Shown here in pieces: positions 51,979 to 61,779 of a stretch of 64,000 nt of DNA. The notes beneath the pieces were generated by a model. The model was not told the DNA's origin. It ran no database searches and saw only the letters and a program-made list of their open reading frames with translations. Location: positions 96,001 through 160,000 of the forward strand of contig JAZKFH010000032.1 of NCBI GenBank assembly GCA_040386535.1, given 5' to 3'. Made by a program: the position numbers and the translations under genes. The stretch comes from Myxococcota bacterium. GTDB lineage: Bacteria; Myxococcota_A; UBA796; SXON01. Numbering within the stretch: the first letter of the stretch is position 1; each line of letters opens with the position of its first letter.

Positions 51979-52055
51979 CGGGAGAGGCCCGCCATCTAAC
52001 GGATGACGGCCGGCCGGCTACCCGCTACCGCTTCCCGCTCGGGTTATTCGGCGTC

Positions 52056-52556
52056 ATGGTCTGGTTCTGGCTGGCCGCGGTCGCCTCCGCCGAGGTGGTG
52101 GACGGTATCCTGCACGTGGTCGGCGATCGCATCGTGACGCGGTCGGACCTCGCCTTCGAAGCTGACTTCGACAGCCGCGACGCGAGTCCGCTCGCTCCCC
52201 TGGAAGACCCGGTCTACCTCCTCGAACAACGGCTCGTCGACTTCGCGATCCTGCGCGACCTCGCGGGCGACATCGAGATCTACAAGCCCCCCGCCGCCGA
52301 GGTGCGCGCGCGCTGGGAGCGCTTTCGCGACGGGTGGCCCCACCCCGAGGACCACGTGGCCTTCCTGACGCGGTGGGGCCTGGACGACGAGCAGCTGCTC
52401 GGCTTCCTGTACAGCCGCCTCGTGGTCGAGCGGTACGCCGCGCGCAACGCGGGCCAGGCCGCCGCGGTGCTCGATCGGGACGACATCACGCCCCCGATCT
52501 ACCAGGCCTGGATGGCGGGCCTGCGCGCGCGGACGACCGTGCGGACCACCCGTTGA
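52056..52556 (+). CDS. hypothetical exported protein (SurA N-terminal-like)
   Basis: Signal peptide, EVVDGI..VVG..IVTRSDL. Confidence 0.6.
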   Translation: MVWFWLAAVASAEVVDGILHVVGDRIVTRSDLAFEADFDSRDASPLAPLEDPVYLLEQRLVDFAILRDLAGDIEIYKPPAAEVRARWERFRDGWPHPEDHVAFLTRWGLDDEQLLGFLYSRLVVERYAARNAGQAAAVLDRDDITPPIYQAWMAGLRARTTVRTTR

Positions 52557-52987
52557 CCTGCCGCGACGCGACGGCCGCCGACCTCGACGCCCTCGTGGAT
52601 CTGGAGAAGATCTGCTTCGCGGAGGACCCCTGGACCCGGAACATGCTCTCGGACGAGCTCTCTCGCCCCGGCGGCGTGTTCCTCGTCATCGGGGACGCCG
52701 GGCGGCCGCGGGCCTTCGCGATCGGCTGGGCCGTGCTCGACGATCTTCACATCCTGCAGGTCGCGGTGGAGCCCGCCGCGCGGCGGTTGGGGCTCGGACG
52801 GGAGGTGCTCACCGCGCTCGAGGCGCGCGCCGTGTCGGCGGAGAACGCCTGGCTCGAAGTGCGCCGCGACAACGTCGCCGCCATCGGGTTGTACGAGGCG
52901 TTCGACTACCGCGCGGTCGGCTGCCGCCCGAAGTACTACACCGACGGGTGCGACGCGCTCCTGCTCCGGAAGCGGCTCCGCGGGTGA
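52553..52987 (+). CDS. rimI: RimI-like GNAT acetyltransferase
   Basis: VAV.P..RRLGLG, LEVR..N..AIGLY, RPKYY.DG.DA. Confidence 0.8.
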   Translation: MTCRDATAADLDALVDLEKICFAEDPWTRNMLSDELSRPGGVFLVIGDAGRPRAFAIGWAVLDDLHILQVAVEPAARRLGLGREVLTALEARAVSAENAWLEVRRDNVAAIGLYEAFDYRAVGCRPKYYTDGCDALLLRKRLRG

Positions 52988-53030
52988 CGAAGCGCACCCC
53001 GCGGCCTCGACGTGGGGCGTGCCCGCGGGC

Positions 53031-53978
53031 TCACCAGCTGCCGGCACCGAAGCGGTAGGTCTTCTTGATCGGCTGGTCCTTCACGATCTTCTGAAACTTC
53101 CACGCCGAGACCTGGCGGTTCATGCAGGACTCGAGCTCGGGGTCGGAGCCGTTGACGCCGGTGACGGCGACCCGCTTGGCGGTGCCGTCCTTGCCGATCG
53201 TGAACGCCACCTCCCACGCGCCCTTGAGCCCCTCCACCGCCTTGAGGCGCTGGTTGTAGCAGGTCTGGAGCTGGGGGCTCGAGGCGTTGATGACGGCCTT
53301 CGCCATGGCGATGATCTCGTCATTGTCGGTGAGGACCTTGTCGCTCCCGACGAAGCTGACCTTGATCTGCCCGACGCCGACATCGCCGGTGCCGCTCCCG
53401 CTGGTGGTGCCGACCGTCGGCGCCGCGGCGTCCGTGCCCGCCTGGAAGGTCGGCCGACGCGGGCCCGTGCCGGCGTCCGGATTGCCGGTACCGATGGGCG
53501 GCGCCTCGGTCGGCTTCCGCCCGGTCGGGCGGCCGGTGGCCTTGTCGACCGCGCCCGCCTCCGGACCTCCGACCGCGGGGACCGACGGCACGGGCGCGTG
53601 CTGCAGCTCCGACAGGGGGGTCTCGTAGTACTCGTCCATCTCGTAGGTGAGCGCTTCCTGCTGGGTCTGGTAGGTCCACACGCCGGCGCCGCCGAGCGCG
53701 AACAACACGAGGAGGCTCAACCCGCCCAGGAAGCGGTTCTTGCGCTGCTTCTTGGCTTGCTGCGCCTTGTCCTCCTGCTCCTTGCGCTGACGCGCCTGGA
53801 TGCCGGGGTCGGTGGGAGCCTCCTCGCCGGGGATCTCCAGCATGCAATGCGGACAGTTCCCGCCGAAGCGGAGCGTGTCGGCCGGGACGGCACCCTTGCA
53901 GAAGGGACAGACGGGCAGTGCCAGGGCCGGCTCCGGGAGAAGGTGCGGAAGGTAGCAAGCCTCGCCCATGACAGGCAA
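53031..53978 (-). CDS. AgmX/PglI C-terminal domain protein with N-terminal zinc ribbon
   Basis: CPFC..CPHC, TM segment, CYNQRLK....LKG....F.I..G, C....W.F; start uncertain. Confidence 0.75.
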   Translation of the reverse strand: MPVMGEACYLPHLLPEPALALPVCPFCKGAVPADTLRFGGNCPHCMLEIPGEEAPTDPGIQARQRKEQEDKAQQAKKQRKNRFLGGLSLLVLFALGGAGVWTYQTQQEALTYEMDEYYETPLSELQHAPVPSVPAVGGPEAGAVDKATGRPTGRKPTEAPPIGTGNPDAGTGPRRPTFQAGTDAAAPTVGTTSGSGTGDVGVGQIKVSFVGSDKVLTDNDEIIAMAKAVINASSPQLQTCYNQRLKAVEGLKGAWEVAFTIGKDGTAKRVAVTGVNGSDPELESCMNRQVSAWKFQKIVKDQPIKKTYRFGAGSW

Positions 53979-54045
53979 GGCGGAGTTGGCGGACCGGCGG
54001 GATTGCCGGTGCGTTCAACCCGGGGCGGACGAGGGGGCGCGGCGA

Positions 54046-54933
54046 TCAGGCGGAGGTGCGGGCGCCCCGTTCGCGGGGGCCGGACCACTGGGACATGCCC
54101 CCGACCACGTTGTAGATCTGAGAAGCGCCGATGCTCGTCATGAACTCGGCCGCCGCCGCGCTCCGCCCGCCGCCCTGGCAGACGAAGATGATGTGGTTGG
54201 TCTGGCCGAGCTCGCCGTACCGGTGCGGGAGCTCGTCGACCGGGATGTGGCGCGCGAGCGGGGAGCGATCCCCCTCGAACTCGCCCTTGGTGCGCACGTC
54301 GACCAGGAGGTAGGGCGTGTCGGCCTCGCCGAGCAGCGCGAGCGCCTGCTTGGAGTCCACATCCAGCACCGCGGCGGAGGGCTTTCCCGGGGTGCGGAGG
54401 GACGGGCCGGACGCCGCCACCGGCGCGGGGGGCGGCGCCACGACCGGGGCCGGCTTGCCCTCGGCGCGCGCCGCGGCCTCGACGATGCGCGCGATGTCGA
54501 CGCGGCCGCGCTCGGAGAAGAGCACCTTGCCGTCCTTCCCGACCAACACGGCCGTTTCCTTGCAGAACGGGCGGATGCGACCAGAGGCGCGGAAGCCGCG
54601 GGCGGCGAGCGCGAACGGATCGTAGAGGAGGAAGAACTCGGTACCGATACGGGCGCGGTACGCCCGAAGCTCGTCCGTGCGCGCCGTGTTCACGCCGAAC
54701 ACGGCTGTGTCGAGGCCCTCGAGCGCGGGGCGCGCCGCGTCGACCGCGCGGAGCCACGCGTCCGTGTCCGCGTCGGTGATCCCGCGGAAGAACACGAGCA
54801 GGACGTTCAAGTGGCCCTTGAAGTCGTTGAGCTTGATCCAGGTCCCGTCATCCGCCGTCAGGGAGAGCGGCGTCGCGGGGGCCCCCACGTCGAGCGGCTT
54901 CCAGGAGAGGAAGTTCGTCAGCTTCGAGCCCAT
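54046..54933 (-). CDS. peroxiredoxin-like + rhodanese fusion
   Basis: AhpC/TSA-like N-terminus lacking the peroxidatic Cys; DVRT..EF and CQGGGRS rhodanese motifs. Confidence 0.8.
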   Translation of the reverse strand: MGSKLTNFLSWKPLDVGAPATPLSLTADDGTWIKLNDFKGHLNVLLVFFRGITDADTDAWLRAVDAARPALEGLDTAVFGVNTARTDELRAYRARIGTEFFLLYDPFALAARGFRASGRIRPFCKETAVLVGKDGKVLFSERGRVDIARIVEAAARAEGKPAPVVAPPPAPVAASGPSLRTPGKPSAAVLDVDSKQALALLGEADTPYLLVDVRTKGEFEGDRSPLARHIPVDELPHRYGELGQTNHIIFVCQGGGRSAAAAEFMTSIGASQIYNVVGGMSQWSGPRERGARTSA

Positions 54934-55004
54934 CGCAGACCTCCGAGCGCCACCCCCTATCCGGAAGTTCCGCCGTCCGCTGGCTCACTCGTCGCCGACG
55001 TCGC

Positions 55005-56930
55005 TTAGCCGCGCACTTCGTCACGCCGCCGGAGCGCATCGAGCAGCAGGAACTCGCTTGTGCCCGCGAGGTTGGTGAGCCCCGCGTCCTCGAAGCGCAC
55101 CTCGAAGCGCCCCTCGCGCCCGGCCACGAGGCTCTGGAGCGCGGGTTCGCCGGCGCGGGTGCCGTGGGTCGCGGCGACGATCCGCCCGTCGCGGACCTGC
55201 ACGGCGCCGAGGTCGGCGGTGCCCACCACCACGATGCGCGCCGTGCGCCCGCCGTGCATGAGGGTCTGGAGGAGGTCGACGAGCGGAAGATCGGAGAGGC
55301 GGCCGGTGACCGCGGGGGGCGCCTCGGGACGCCGCCGGAGCACCTTGCGCAGCGCCCCGAGCAGCGCGGGGAGCGCGGAGGCCTCGCCCTGTGGGGCGAC
55401 GGGCTCCAACCGGACGACGGGGATGGTGGCCTCGGCGCGCAGGGCCGCGTCGAGATCGAGGCCCTCGGCGAGGGTGGCGTCGGCGACGAAGGCCCCGGCA
55501 CGCAGGCTCTGGGCAAGCCGGAGCGCCTCGGGGGCGTCATTCGCGGTCGCGACGGTGTACCCCTCGGCCGAGAGCTCGGCCCGCGCCGCCTCCGCGAACG
55601 CGGAGGCCTCGGACGCGACGACCACCACGGCGCCGCCCTCCCCTTCGGCGGCCTGCACCTGCTCCTGGAGGCCGCGCCGACGCAGGACCGCCGCCAGCGC
55701 CTGGAGCGCCCCGCTCTCGTGCCGCGTGGCTTCGCCTCCGAACGCCGCGACGGGGTCGTCCCCCGGTCCGAGTGACGCACGCACTGCGGCGCGCGCCGTG
55801 TAGAGCACCTCCGCGCCCATGTGCCCGCCGGGCCCCGCTTCTCCGCGGACGCGCGGCAGCAGCGCGTCGAAGAGGGCCTGAACGTCGTAAGGCGGGGACC
55901 ACACGCGCAACAGGTCCGCCGCCCAGCCGATCCCGGCGGCCTCGTCCTGATCGCCGGCGCGCTCGGTCCCCTCCCCGAGGGCGGTGAACATCGCGGCGAG
56001 CGCCACGGTGTCGCGCTGCTCGGCGGGGAGGTTGGCGTGGTCGGCCATGGCGCGCGCGAGCTCGGAGGTGCGGCGCCCCGTGCCGGACGGGCCGTCGGCG
56101 TCGATGAGCAGGTGCCCGAGGAGGCCGAAGAAGAAGTCGCGTGTGCGCTCGTAGGGGATGCCGACGCGGCGGCCCGGCCCGTAGCCGTCGAGCGCGCAGA
56201 TCTGCACCATCGGCCGGAGGCGCCGCCACGACGCCAGGTACGGCTCGACCTCGCCGAGGACCGCTCGCCGGAAGAACACGCGGTCCGCCTGGTTGGCCTC
56301 GATGAAGGCGCTCACCTGCTCCGGATCGCCCACGATCTCGGACGTGCCGCCCTCGGTCGCGTCCAGCCGTTTGAGGGCCGAGGCGCGGTCCGGGTCGGGC
56401 TCGAAGACCACCGTGAGCCGCCGTGCCTGGTGCTCGCCGTCCACCTCGGGGGCGCGCTCGTAGGGGCGCTCGTCCTCCTCGCCCGGGGGCAGCAGCCGAT
56501 CGACGAGGATTCGCATGGCGCTCCGCGGCGCGACGAACAGGCGGAGGCGGGCGGCGCGCGCCGAGGTCTGCGCGGTGCGCAACGACGGGATGTCGGTGGG
56601 GTCGGCGGTCAGGAGCGAGAGGACCCGCTTCTCCTCGTCGAGGAACGTCGGCAGGAGCAGGCGCTCGCGGATCAACCCGCGGGGCACCAGCTCCAGCACC
56701 TCGGGCGCGATCGACAGGCGGGCGAGCCGCTCCGGCGGGACCATGTTCAGCCGGAATTGGTGGGCGAGGGCCCGCGCGAGGCCCAGGTCGTCGAGGAGCC
56801 CGAGCTCCATCGCGGTCTCGCCGAAGCGAGCCCGCCCGCCCTCGCGCAAGCGCGCAAGCACGCGCTCCACGTCTTCGGTGCGCATCAGCCCGAGCGTGAG
56901 GCAGACCTCACCCAGCGGCGTATGACTCAT
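55005..56930 (-). CDS. MshEN/GspE-N + degenerate HD-like + REC-like + DUF4388 protein
   Basis: PLGE...LGL / RFGE...LGL repeats, DPTD, G.LSDLPLVDLLQ.L..G.RT. Confidence 0.7.
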   Translation of the reverse strand: MSHTPLGEVCLTLGLMRTEDVERVLARLREGGRARFGETAMELGLLDDLGLARALAHQFRLNMVPPERLARLSIAPEVLELVPRGLIRERLLLPTFLDEEKRVLSLLTADPTDIPSLRTAQTSARAARLRLFVAPRSAMRILVDRLLPPGEEDERPYERAPEVDGEHQARRLTVVFEPDPDRASALKRLDATEGGTSEIVGDPEQVSAFIEANQADRVFFRRAVLGEVEPYLASWRRLRPMVQICALDGYGPGRRVGIPYERTRDFFFGLLGHLLIDADGPSGTGRRTSELARAMADHANLPAEQRDTVALAAMFTALGEGTERAGDQDEAAGIGWAADLLRVWSPPYDVQALFDALLPRVRGEAGPGGHMGAEVLYTARAAVRASLGPGDDPVAAFGGEATRHESGALQALAAVLRRRGLQEQVQAAEGEGGAVVVVASEASAFAEAARAELSAEGYTVATANDAPEALRLAQSLRAGAFVADATLAEGLDLDAALRAEATIPVVRLEPVAPQGEASALPALLGALRKVLRRRPEAPPAVTGRLSDLPLVDLLQTLMHGGRTARIVVVGTADLGAVQVRDGRIVAATHGTRAGEPALQSLVAGREGRFEVRFEDAGLTNLAGTSEFLLLDALRRRDEVRG

Positions 56931-57018
56931 GTCGTCTCCGCGGCCGCAGCATACGCCATCGTGACGCGCGCGGCCCACCCACTCCCGCCGCCGGGGCCGA
57001 TGCGGTATCGTTCGGCGG

Positions 57019-58746
57019 ATGTTGACCCTCGGTGCCGTCGGACGTGCGCCCGATCGGCTGCAGGCGCCCGGACGGGACGCCGGTGCGGCGGTCCGCGCCG
57101 CGTTCGACGCCCTCGCCCGCGCCTCCCGCGCGCTGCGGCCCATGCCCCGCTCCATCGCGCCCGTGCGTGTCCCGCTCGCGGAGCGCGACGCGTGGATCGC
57201 GGGGCTGGCGGAGGCGCTCGCCAAGGCGCCGGCCTTCACCGTGGGCGTCTCCCCGACAGGCCTCGTGCTCGGCGATGCCGCCCTGCTCGAGCCCGCGGAT
57301 CGCGCGATCGCGGAGGGCCTCTACGGCGCGGGCGCGCGCGCCATCACGCTCTTCGCGGGGGTGTCGGAGGCCGAGCTCGTCTCGCTCCTGTCGTTGCTGC
57401 TCACGGAGTGGAGCGGGGAGACCGCGGCCGCCGAGCTCTTGCGCGCGGCGTGGGGCGCCGAGCTGACCCACGTGCACCTCGATCTCGTGTCGTCCGGGCC
57501 GCTCGGCGCCCCGCTACCGACCAAGCTCCCCGCGATCGACCTGCTCGATCGCCCACCCGAGGAGCCCACCCGTCGGGGCTCGCTCGGCGCCGAGGGCCTC
57601 CAGGCGCTCCGGATGCTCCGGGAGTCCCTCCCCCCCGAGCCCGCCTCCTTCGTCGACGTGTTCCCCACCGCCGGCACCCTCCCGCCCGAGCTCATCGCGG
57701 ACGCTTCCCGGGTCCGCGCCGGCGTCGACCTCGACCCCGTCGAGCTCAGCCGCGCCCTGCACGCCGCGATGCTCGCGGCCCCCGCCGCGGCGGGCACCCT
57801 GGCGCGCGCGCTCCTCGGCGCCGCGGTCGACCTGCTCGGCGGGCCGGTCGACGCCGGCCCCCTCCTCCACACCGCGCTCGAAGTGGCCGATCCCGATCTC
57901 ACGCCCGACGACGACATGCGGGCGGTCGTGCGGGCCGCGTTCGCCGACCTCACCCGCGATCCGATGCGTCGCGCCCTGGTCGCGGCGCTCCCCGCGTCGG
58001 AGACCCCCGACCTCCGCGCCCAGCTCTTCTCCCTCCTGTCCCTGCCCTTGCCGGACGACGGCGTCCTCTCGCTGCCGGCGCTGCTCCCCGCGTGGGCGGT
58101 CCAGGTCGCGGCCGACACCGAGCTGCTCCGCGAACCGGACCACGGGCAGCCCCGCGCCGAACGTGTGCGCGCGCGCCTCTCGGCGCCCACCCCCGGCGTG
58201 ATCGCGCTCGGGCTCGCCATGGCCGCGCGGGTGGACGATCCCCGCCTGCTCGAGTCCGTGCTCCCCCACGCCAGCCACACGAACGCCGACGTACGCCTCG
58301 GCGCCCTGGTCGCGTTGCGGCAGCAGACCGGGCCGCGCGTGCGCGAGATCGTGCTGCAACGACTCGCGGATCCCGTCGCCGCGGTGCGGGTGGAGGCGCT
58401 CCGCTACGGCGTAGCGCATCGTGTCGCGGAGGTGTATCCGTGGATCGAGGCGCGCCTCCAGGATCCTGACCTCTCGCTCGCGCAGGAGGCCGAGCTCCGC
58501 GCGCTCTGCGTGGCGTTCGGCCGGCTCGGGCGCGAGCGCGCCGAGGGCCCGTTGACCGAGCTCGCCCTCGGGCGCCGCCGAATGGGCCACCCCGCGATCG
58601 GCCGGCTTGCCCTGCACGGCCTGCGCGCCATCAACACGCCGAACGCGCGCGCGGCGCTCCAGCACGTCGCGGCCGAGGTGCCCCGCCTGCGGGCCGAGGT
58701 CGAGTCCCTGCTGTCCGGCGCGCCCGGCGCCGAGCCCGCACGATGA
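57019..58746 (+). CDS. HEAT-repeat protein
   Basis: C-terminal HEAT-like repeats (DVRLGAL, DP..AVRVEAL); start uncertain. Confidence 0.65.
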   Translation: MLTLGAVGRAPDRLQAPGRDAGAAVRAAFDALARASRALRPMPRSIAPVRVPLAERDAWIAGLAEALAKAPAFTVGVSPTGLVLGDAALLEPADRAIAEGLYGAGARAITLFAGVSEAELVSLLSLLLTEWSGETAAAELLRAAWGAELTHVHLDLVSSGPLGAPLPTKLPAIDLLDRPPEEPTRRGSLGAEGLQALRMLRESLPPEPASFVDVFPTAGTLPPELIADASRVRAGVDLDPVELSRALHAAMLAAPAAAGTLARALLGAAVDLLGGPVDAGPLLHTALEVADPDLTPDDDMRAVVRAAFADLTRDPMRRALVAALPASETPDLRAQLFSLLSLPLPDDGVLSLPALLPAWAVQVAADTELLREPDHGQPRAERVRARLSAPTPGVIALGLAMAARVDDPRLLESVLPHASHTNADVRLGALVALRQQTGPRVREIVLQRLADPVAAVRVEALRYGVAHRVAEVYPWIEARLQDPDLSLAQEAELRALCVAFGRLGRERAEGPLTELALGRRRMGHPAIGRLALHGLRAINTPNARAALQHVAAEVPRLRAEVESLLSGAPGAEPAR

Positions 58747-58759
58747 CGGGGGCCGCGCG

Positions 58760-60034
58760 ATGACGGACCCCAATGGCGCGTTCGCCGCCCACCTCGCGGC
58801 CCTCGCACGCGCCCCCGACCCGGAGGATCGCGCGGTCAAGGGCCTGCTCACGGCGGTGGTCCAGGACTGGTCGCTCCTCGCCGCGGCGCGCACGCCCTCC
58901 TTCGAGCTCGATGGGGCCGTCCTCTGGGTGCGCGGCGTGGCGGTGCCCCTCCCGGCTCCGTGGCGCGCCGCCCTGGCCGGCCTCGACGGCGCGCTGCGCG
59001 CCCACGGCGTAGGCGGCGCCCGGCTCGTCGGGCCGGTCGACTCCGCGAGCGTCCTCGCCCTGCTCCGAGGCGCGCGCGCCGTTCCGCAGGGAGCCCCCCG
59101 CGAGGTGCTCCAACAATGGGTCACGACGCACGGCGGCAGCGCGGTGTCCCTGCTCCCGCCGCGCCCGGCGATGGCGCGCGACGGCCGGGACACCCTCCGC
59201 GCGGTCTTCCAGGCGTGGACGACCCTCGGCGTCGCCGCCGAGCACTCTCCCGCGGGCGAGCTCCCCGCCACGCCCACGGTCGAGGCCGCGGTCCGGGCCC
59301 TCGTCGATCGGGGCCTCCAGGATCCGCGCACCCTGCCGGTCGTGCTGGCGTTCGCCGGGCCGCGCTCGCAGCAGCGGCCCCTCGCGGTGGCCACCCTCGC
59401 GCTCATCCTCGGCATCCGCCTCGGGCTCCCGCGCGGCGCCCTGTCCGACCTCGTGCTCGCCGCGCTCGAGGTCGCCTCCCTCCCGCCCGCTCCCGATCTG
59501 GACACCGTCGCGCGGCGGATCGCGGCGCGCGCCACCGACCACCTCGGGCGGACCGACGCGCGCGTCGTCCTCACGCTCTGGGGGGCCGGCGCCGCCGCGG
59601 ACCGCGCGCCCGCGCGCCACCTGCCCCTCTTCGGCCGCATCGTGGCCCTCGCCGACGACGCCGACGCGCTGCTCCGCGCGGACGGGCAGGGCCGGCTCTT
59701 GCCGGACGAGGCCATCGCGCGGCTCCAGGCGCACGCCGGGCGTCGGCACGACGGCGCGCTCGTCGACGCGCTCGTGTCCTGCCTCGGGCGCTACCCCGTC
59801 GGGAGTGTAATCGTGCTCGACAGCGGCGAGGTGGCCGTGGTGTGCCGCGCGCCCGCGTCCGCCGAGCAGGTGGGGCGGCCGGTGGTGCGGGTCGTGGTCG
59901 ACCGGAGCGGCGCGATGCTCGGCGGCGGCCCCTTCGTCGACCTCGCCCAGCCGGCGCGCTCCCGCGCACGCATCGTCGCCACGGTCGACCCAGCTCGCCT
60001 CGGCCTCTCCGTCGCGGACGCCGTCCTCGGGTAG
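58760..60034 (+). CDS. degenerate HD-GYP-like protein
   Basis: LFGRIVALAD..DAL and LGRYPVGS...LDSGE.AVV tail; no HD or GYP motif. Confidence 0.65.
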   Translation: MTDPNGAFAAHLAALARAPDPEDRAVKGLLTAVVQDWSLLAAARTPSFELDGAVLWVRGVAVPLPAPWRAALAGLDGALRAHGVGGARLVGPVDSASVLALLRGARAVPQGAPREVLQQWVTTHGGSAVSLLPPRPAMARDGRDTLRAVFQAWTTLGVAAEHSPAGELPATPTVEAAVRALVDRGLQDPRTLPVVLAFAGPRSQQRPLAVATLALILGIRLGLPRGALSDLVLAALEVASLPPAPDLDTVARRIAARATDHLGRTDARVVLTLWGAGAAADRAPARHLPLFGRIVALADDADALLRADGQGRLLPDEAIARLQAHAGRRHDGALVDALVSCLGRYPVGSVIVLDSGEVAVVCRAPASAEQVGRPVVRVVVDRSGAMLGGGPFVDLAQPARSRARIVATVDPARLGLSVADAVLG

Positions 60035-60130
60035 CCGACGCGACCGCCATGGCACCTCGGCACGTCCGGCGCGGCACCTCGGCGCGACCGGCGGGCCCGC
60101 CCGGGGTAAGCAGGCCACGGAGGTACACCC

Positions 60131-60862
60131 TTGGCGCCCATCGCGCTCCTCACCGACTTTGGTCTCCTCGATCCGTACGTCGGCACCATGAAAGGGGTCC
60201 TCGCGGGCCTCGCTCCCGGCGTGCCCGTGATCGACGTGACGCACGGCGTGCCCCCGCAGGACGTGCGCGTCGGCGCCCTCTTCCTCGACGCGGCGTGGCC
60301 CCACTTTCCCGTCGGGACCGTGTTCGTGTGCGTGGTCGACCCCGGGGTGGGCACCCGCCGGCGCCCGATCGTGGTGCGCGCCGCCGGCCGCCTGTTCGTG
60401 GGCCCCGACAACGGCCTGCTCGGGCTGCTCCCGGACGCCGAGGTGCGGCAGATCACGGCCCCATGGGGCAACCCCTCCCCTTCGCGCACGTTCCACGGCC
60501 GGGATCTCTTCGCGCCCGTCGCGGCGCGCCTCGCCACCGGGTCCTCCTTCGAGGACGTGGGCCCGCTGGTCGACGATCCGGTGCGGGTCATCCTCCCCGT
60601 CCCGGTGGACGGCACGGGCGAGGTCCTCTACGTCGACCACTACGGCAACGCGGTCACGAACCTCCCCGGCATGGACGACGGCGTGGTGCGGGTCCGCGGC
60701 CAGGAGGCGCCCGTGGTGCACACCTACGCCGCGGCGATCCCCGGCGAGGCGGTCGCCCTCACCGGGAGCACCGGCCGCCTGGAGATCGCCGTGCGGGATG
60801 GCCACGCCGCCCGCGAGCTCGGCCTCGCTCCGGGAACCTCCGTCTCCTGGGAGCCAAATTGA
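60131..60862 (+). CDS. SAM hydrolase/halogenase family (DUF62)
   Basis: LLTDFG..DPYVG.MKG, VVDPGVGT.R, TFHGRDLFAP, VDHYGN. Confidence 0.92.
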   Translation: MAPIALLTDFGLLDPYVGTMKGVLAGLAPGVPVIDVTHGVPPQDVRVGALFLDAAWPHFPVGTVFVCVVDPGVGTRRRPIVVRAAGRLFVGPDNGLLGLLPDAEVRQITAPWGNPSPSRTFHGRDLFAPVAARLATGSSFEDVGPLVDDPVRVILPVPVDGTGEVLYVDHYGNAVTNLPGMDDGVVRVRGQEAPVVHTYAAAIPGEAVALTGSTGRLEIAVRDGHAARELGLAPGTSVSWEPN

Positions 60863-61779
60863 CGCCCCCGCTCGCGACGCCCCTCTCCCCCGCGCTGTCA
60901 GCGAAGGTGGACGCGCTGCGCGCCCTCGTCCGCGAGATGGGCGATGTCCTGGTGACCTTCTCCGGCGGCGTGGACTCGGCGCTCGTGCTCAAGATCGCGG
61001 TCGACACCCTCGGGGACCGGGCGCTGGCGCTGACGGCGGACTCCCCGACGTTCCCGCCCGAGGAGTGCGCGGAGGCCCGCCGGTTCGCCGCCGAGATCGG
61101 CGCGCGCCACCTCGTCGTCGCGGCCCACGAGCTCGAGCGGGAGGGCTACGCCCGCAACACCGGCGACCGCTGCTACTTCTGCAAGACCGAGCTGTTCGAT
61201 CTCGCGCGCGACACGGCGGCGGCGCGCGGCATCCCCTGGATCCTCGACGGCACCATCGTCGACGATCTGAAAGGGCACCGCCCGGGCCTCAAGGCTGCCG
61301 CCGAGCACGCCGTTCGCCACCCGCTCGTCGAGGCCGGCTTCGACAAGGCGGACGTGCGCGCCGCCGCGCAGGCGCTCGGCATGCCGGTGTGGGACAAGCC
61401 GAGCTTCGCGTGCCTCGGGAGCCGCTTCTCCGTCGGCACGCGGGTTACGCTCGGCCGGGTCACGCGGGTCGGCCGGATCGAGAGCGCCATACGGGCCCAC
61501 GGCTTCCGCCAGTTCCGGGTGCGCTTCCATGAGCTCGGCGGGACCGAGCTGTTGCGCATCGAGGTAGAGATCGGCGACCTCGGGCGGCTCGTCGCTCCGG
61601 GCGTGCGCGAAGACATCGTGGCGACGTGCCGCGCGGAGGGATTCTCGTGGATCACGCTGGACCTGGAGGGCTACCGGACGGGCAGCACGTCGGGGGCCCA
61701 GCCCTCCACCCCCTCGGCGTCGGCGACCGCGTCGACCACGTCCCCCAAGGGGCCCGCAAACGTGTCTTCCTCGAGCTGA
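60859..61779 (+). CDS. larE: LarE-like ATP-dependent sulfur transferase (PP-loop)
   Basis: FSGGVDS, RCYFCK, DD...HRPG, KPSFACL.SR. Confidence 0.85.
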   Translation: MTPPLATPLSPALSAKVDALRALVREMGDVLVTFSGGVDSALVLKIAVDTLGDRALALTADSPTFPPEECAEARRFAAEIGARHLVVAAHELEREGYARNTGDRCYFCKTELFDLARDTAAARGIPWILDGTIVDDLKGHRPGLKAAAEHAVRHPLVEAGFDKADVRAAAQALGMPVWDKPSFACLGSRFSVGTRVTLGRVTRVGRIESAIRAHGFRQFRVRFHELGGTELLRIEVEIGDLGRLVAPGVREDIVATCRAEGFSWITLDLEGYRTGSTSGAQPSTPSASATASTTSPKGPANVSSSS

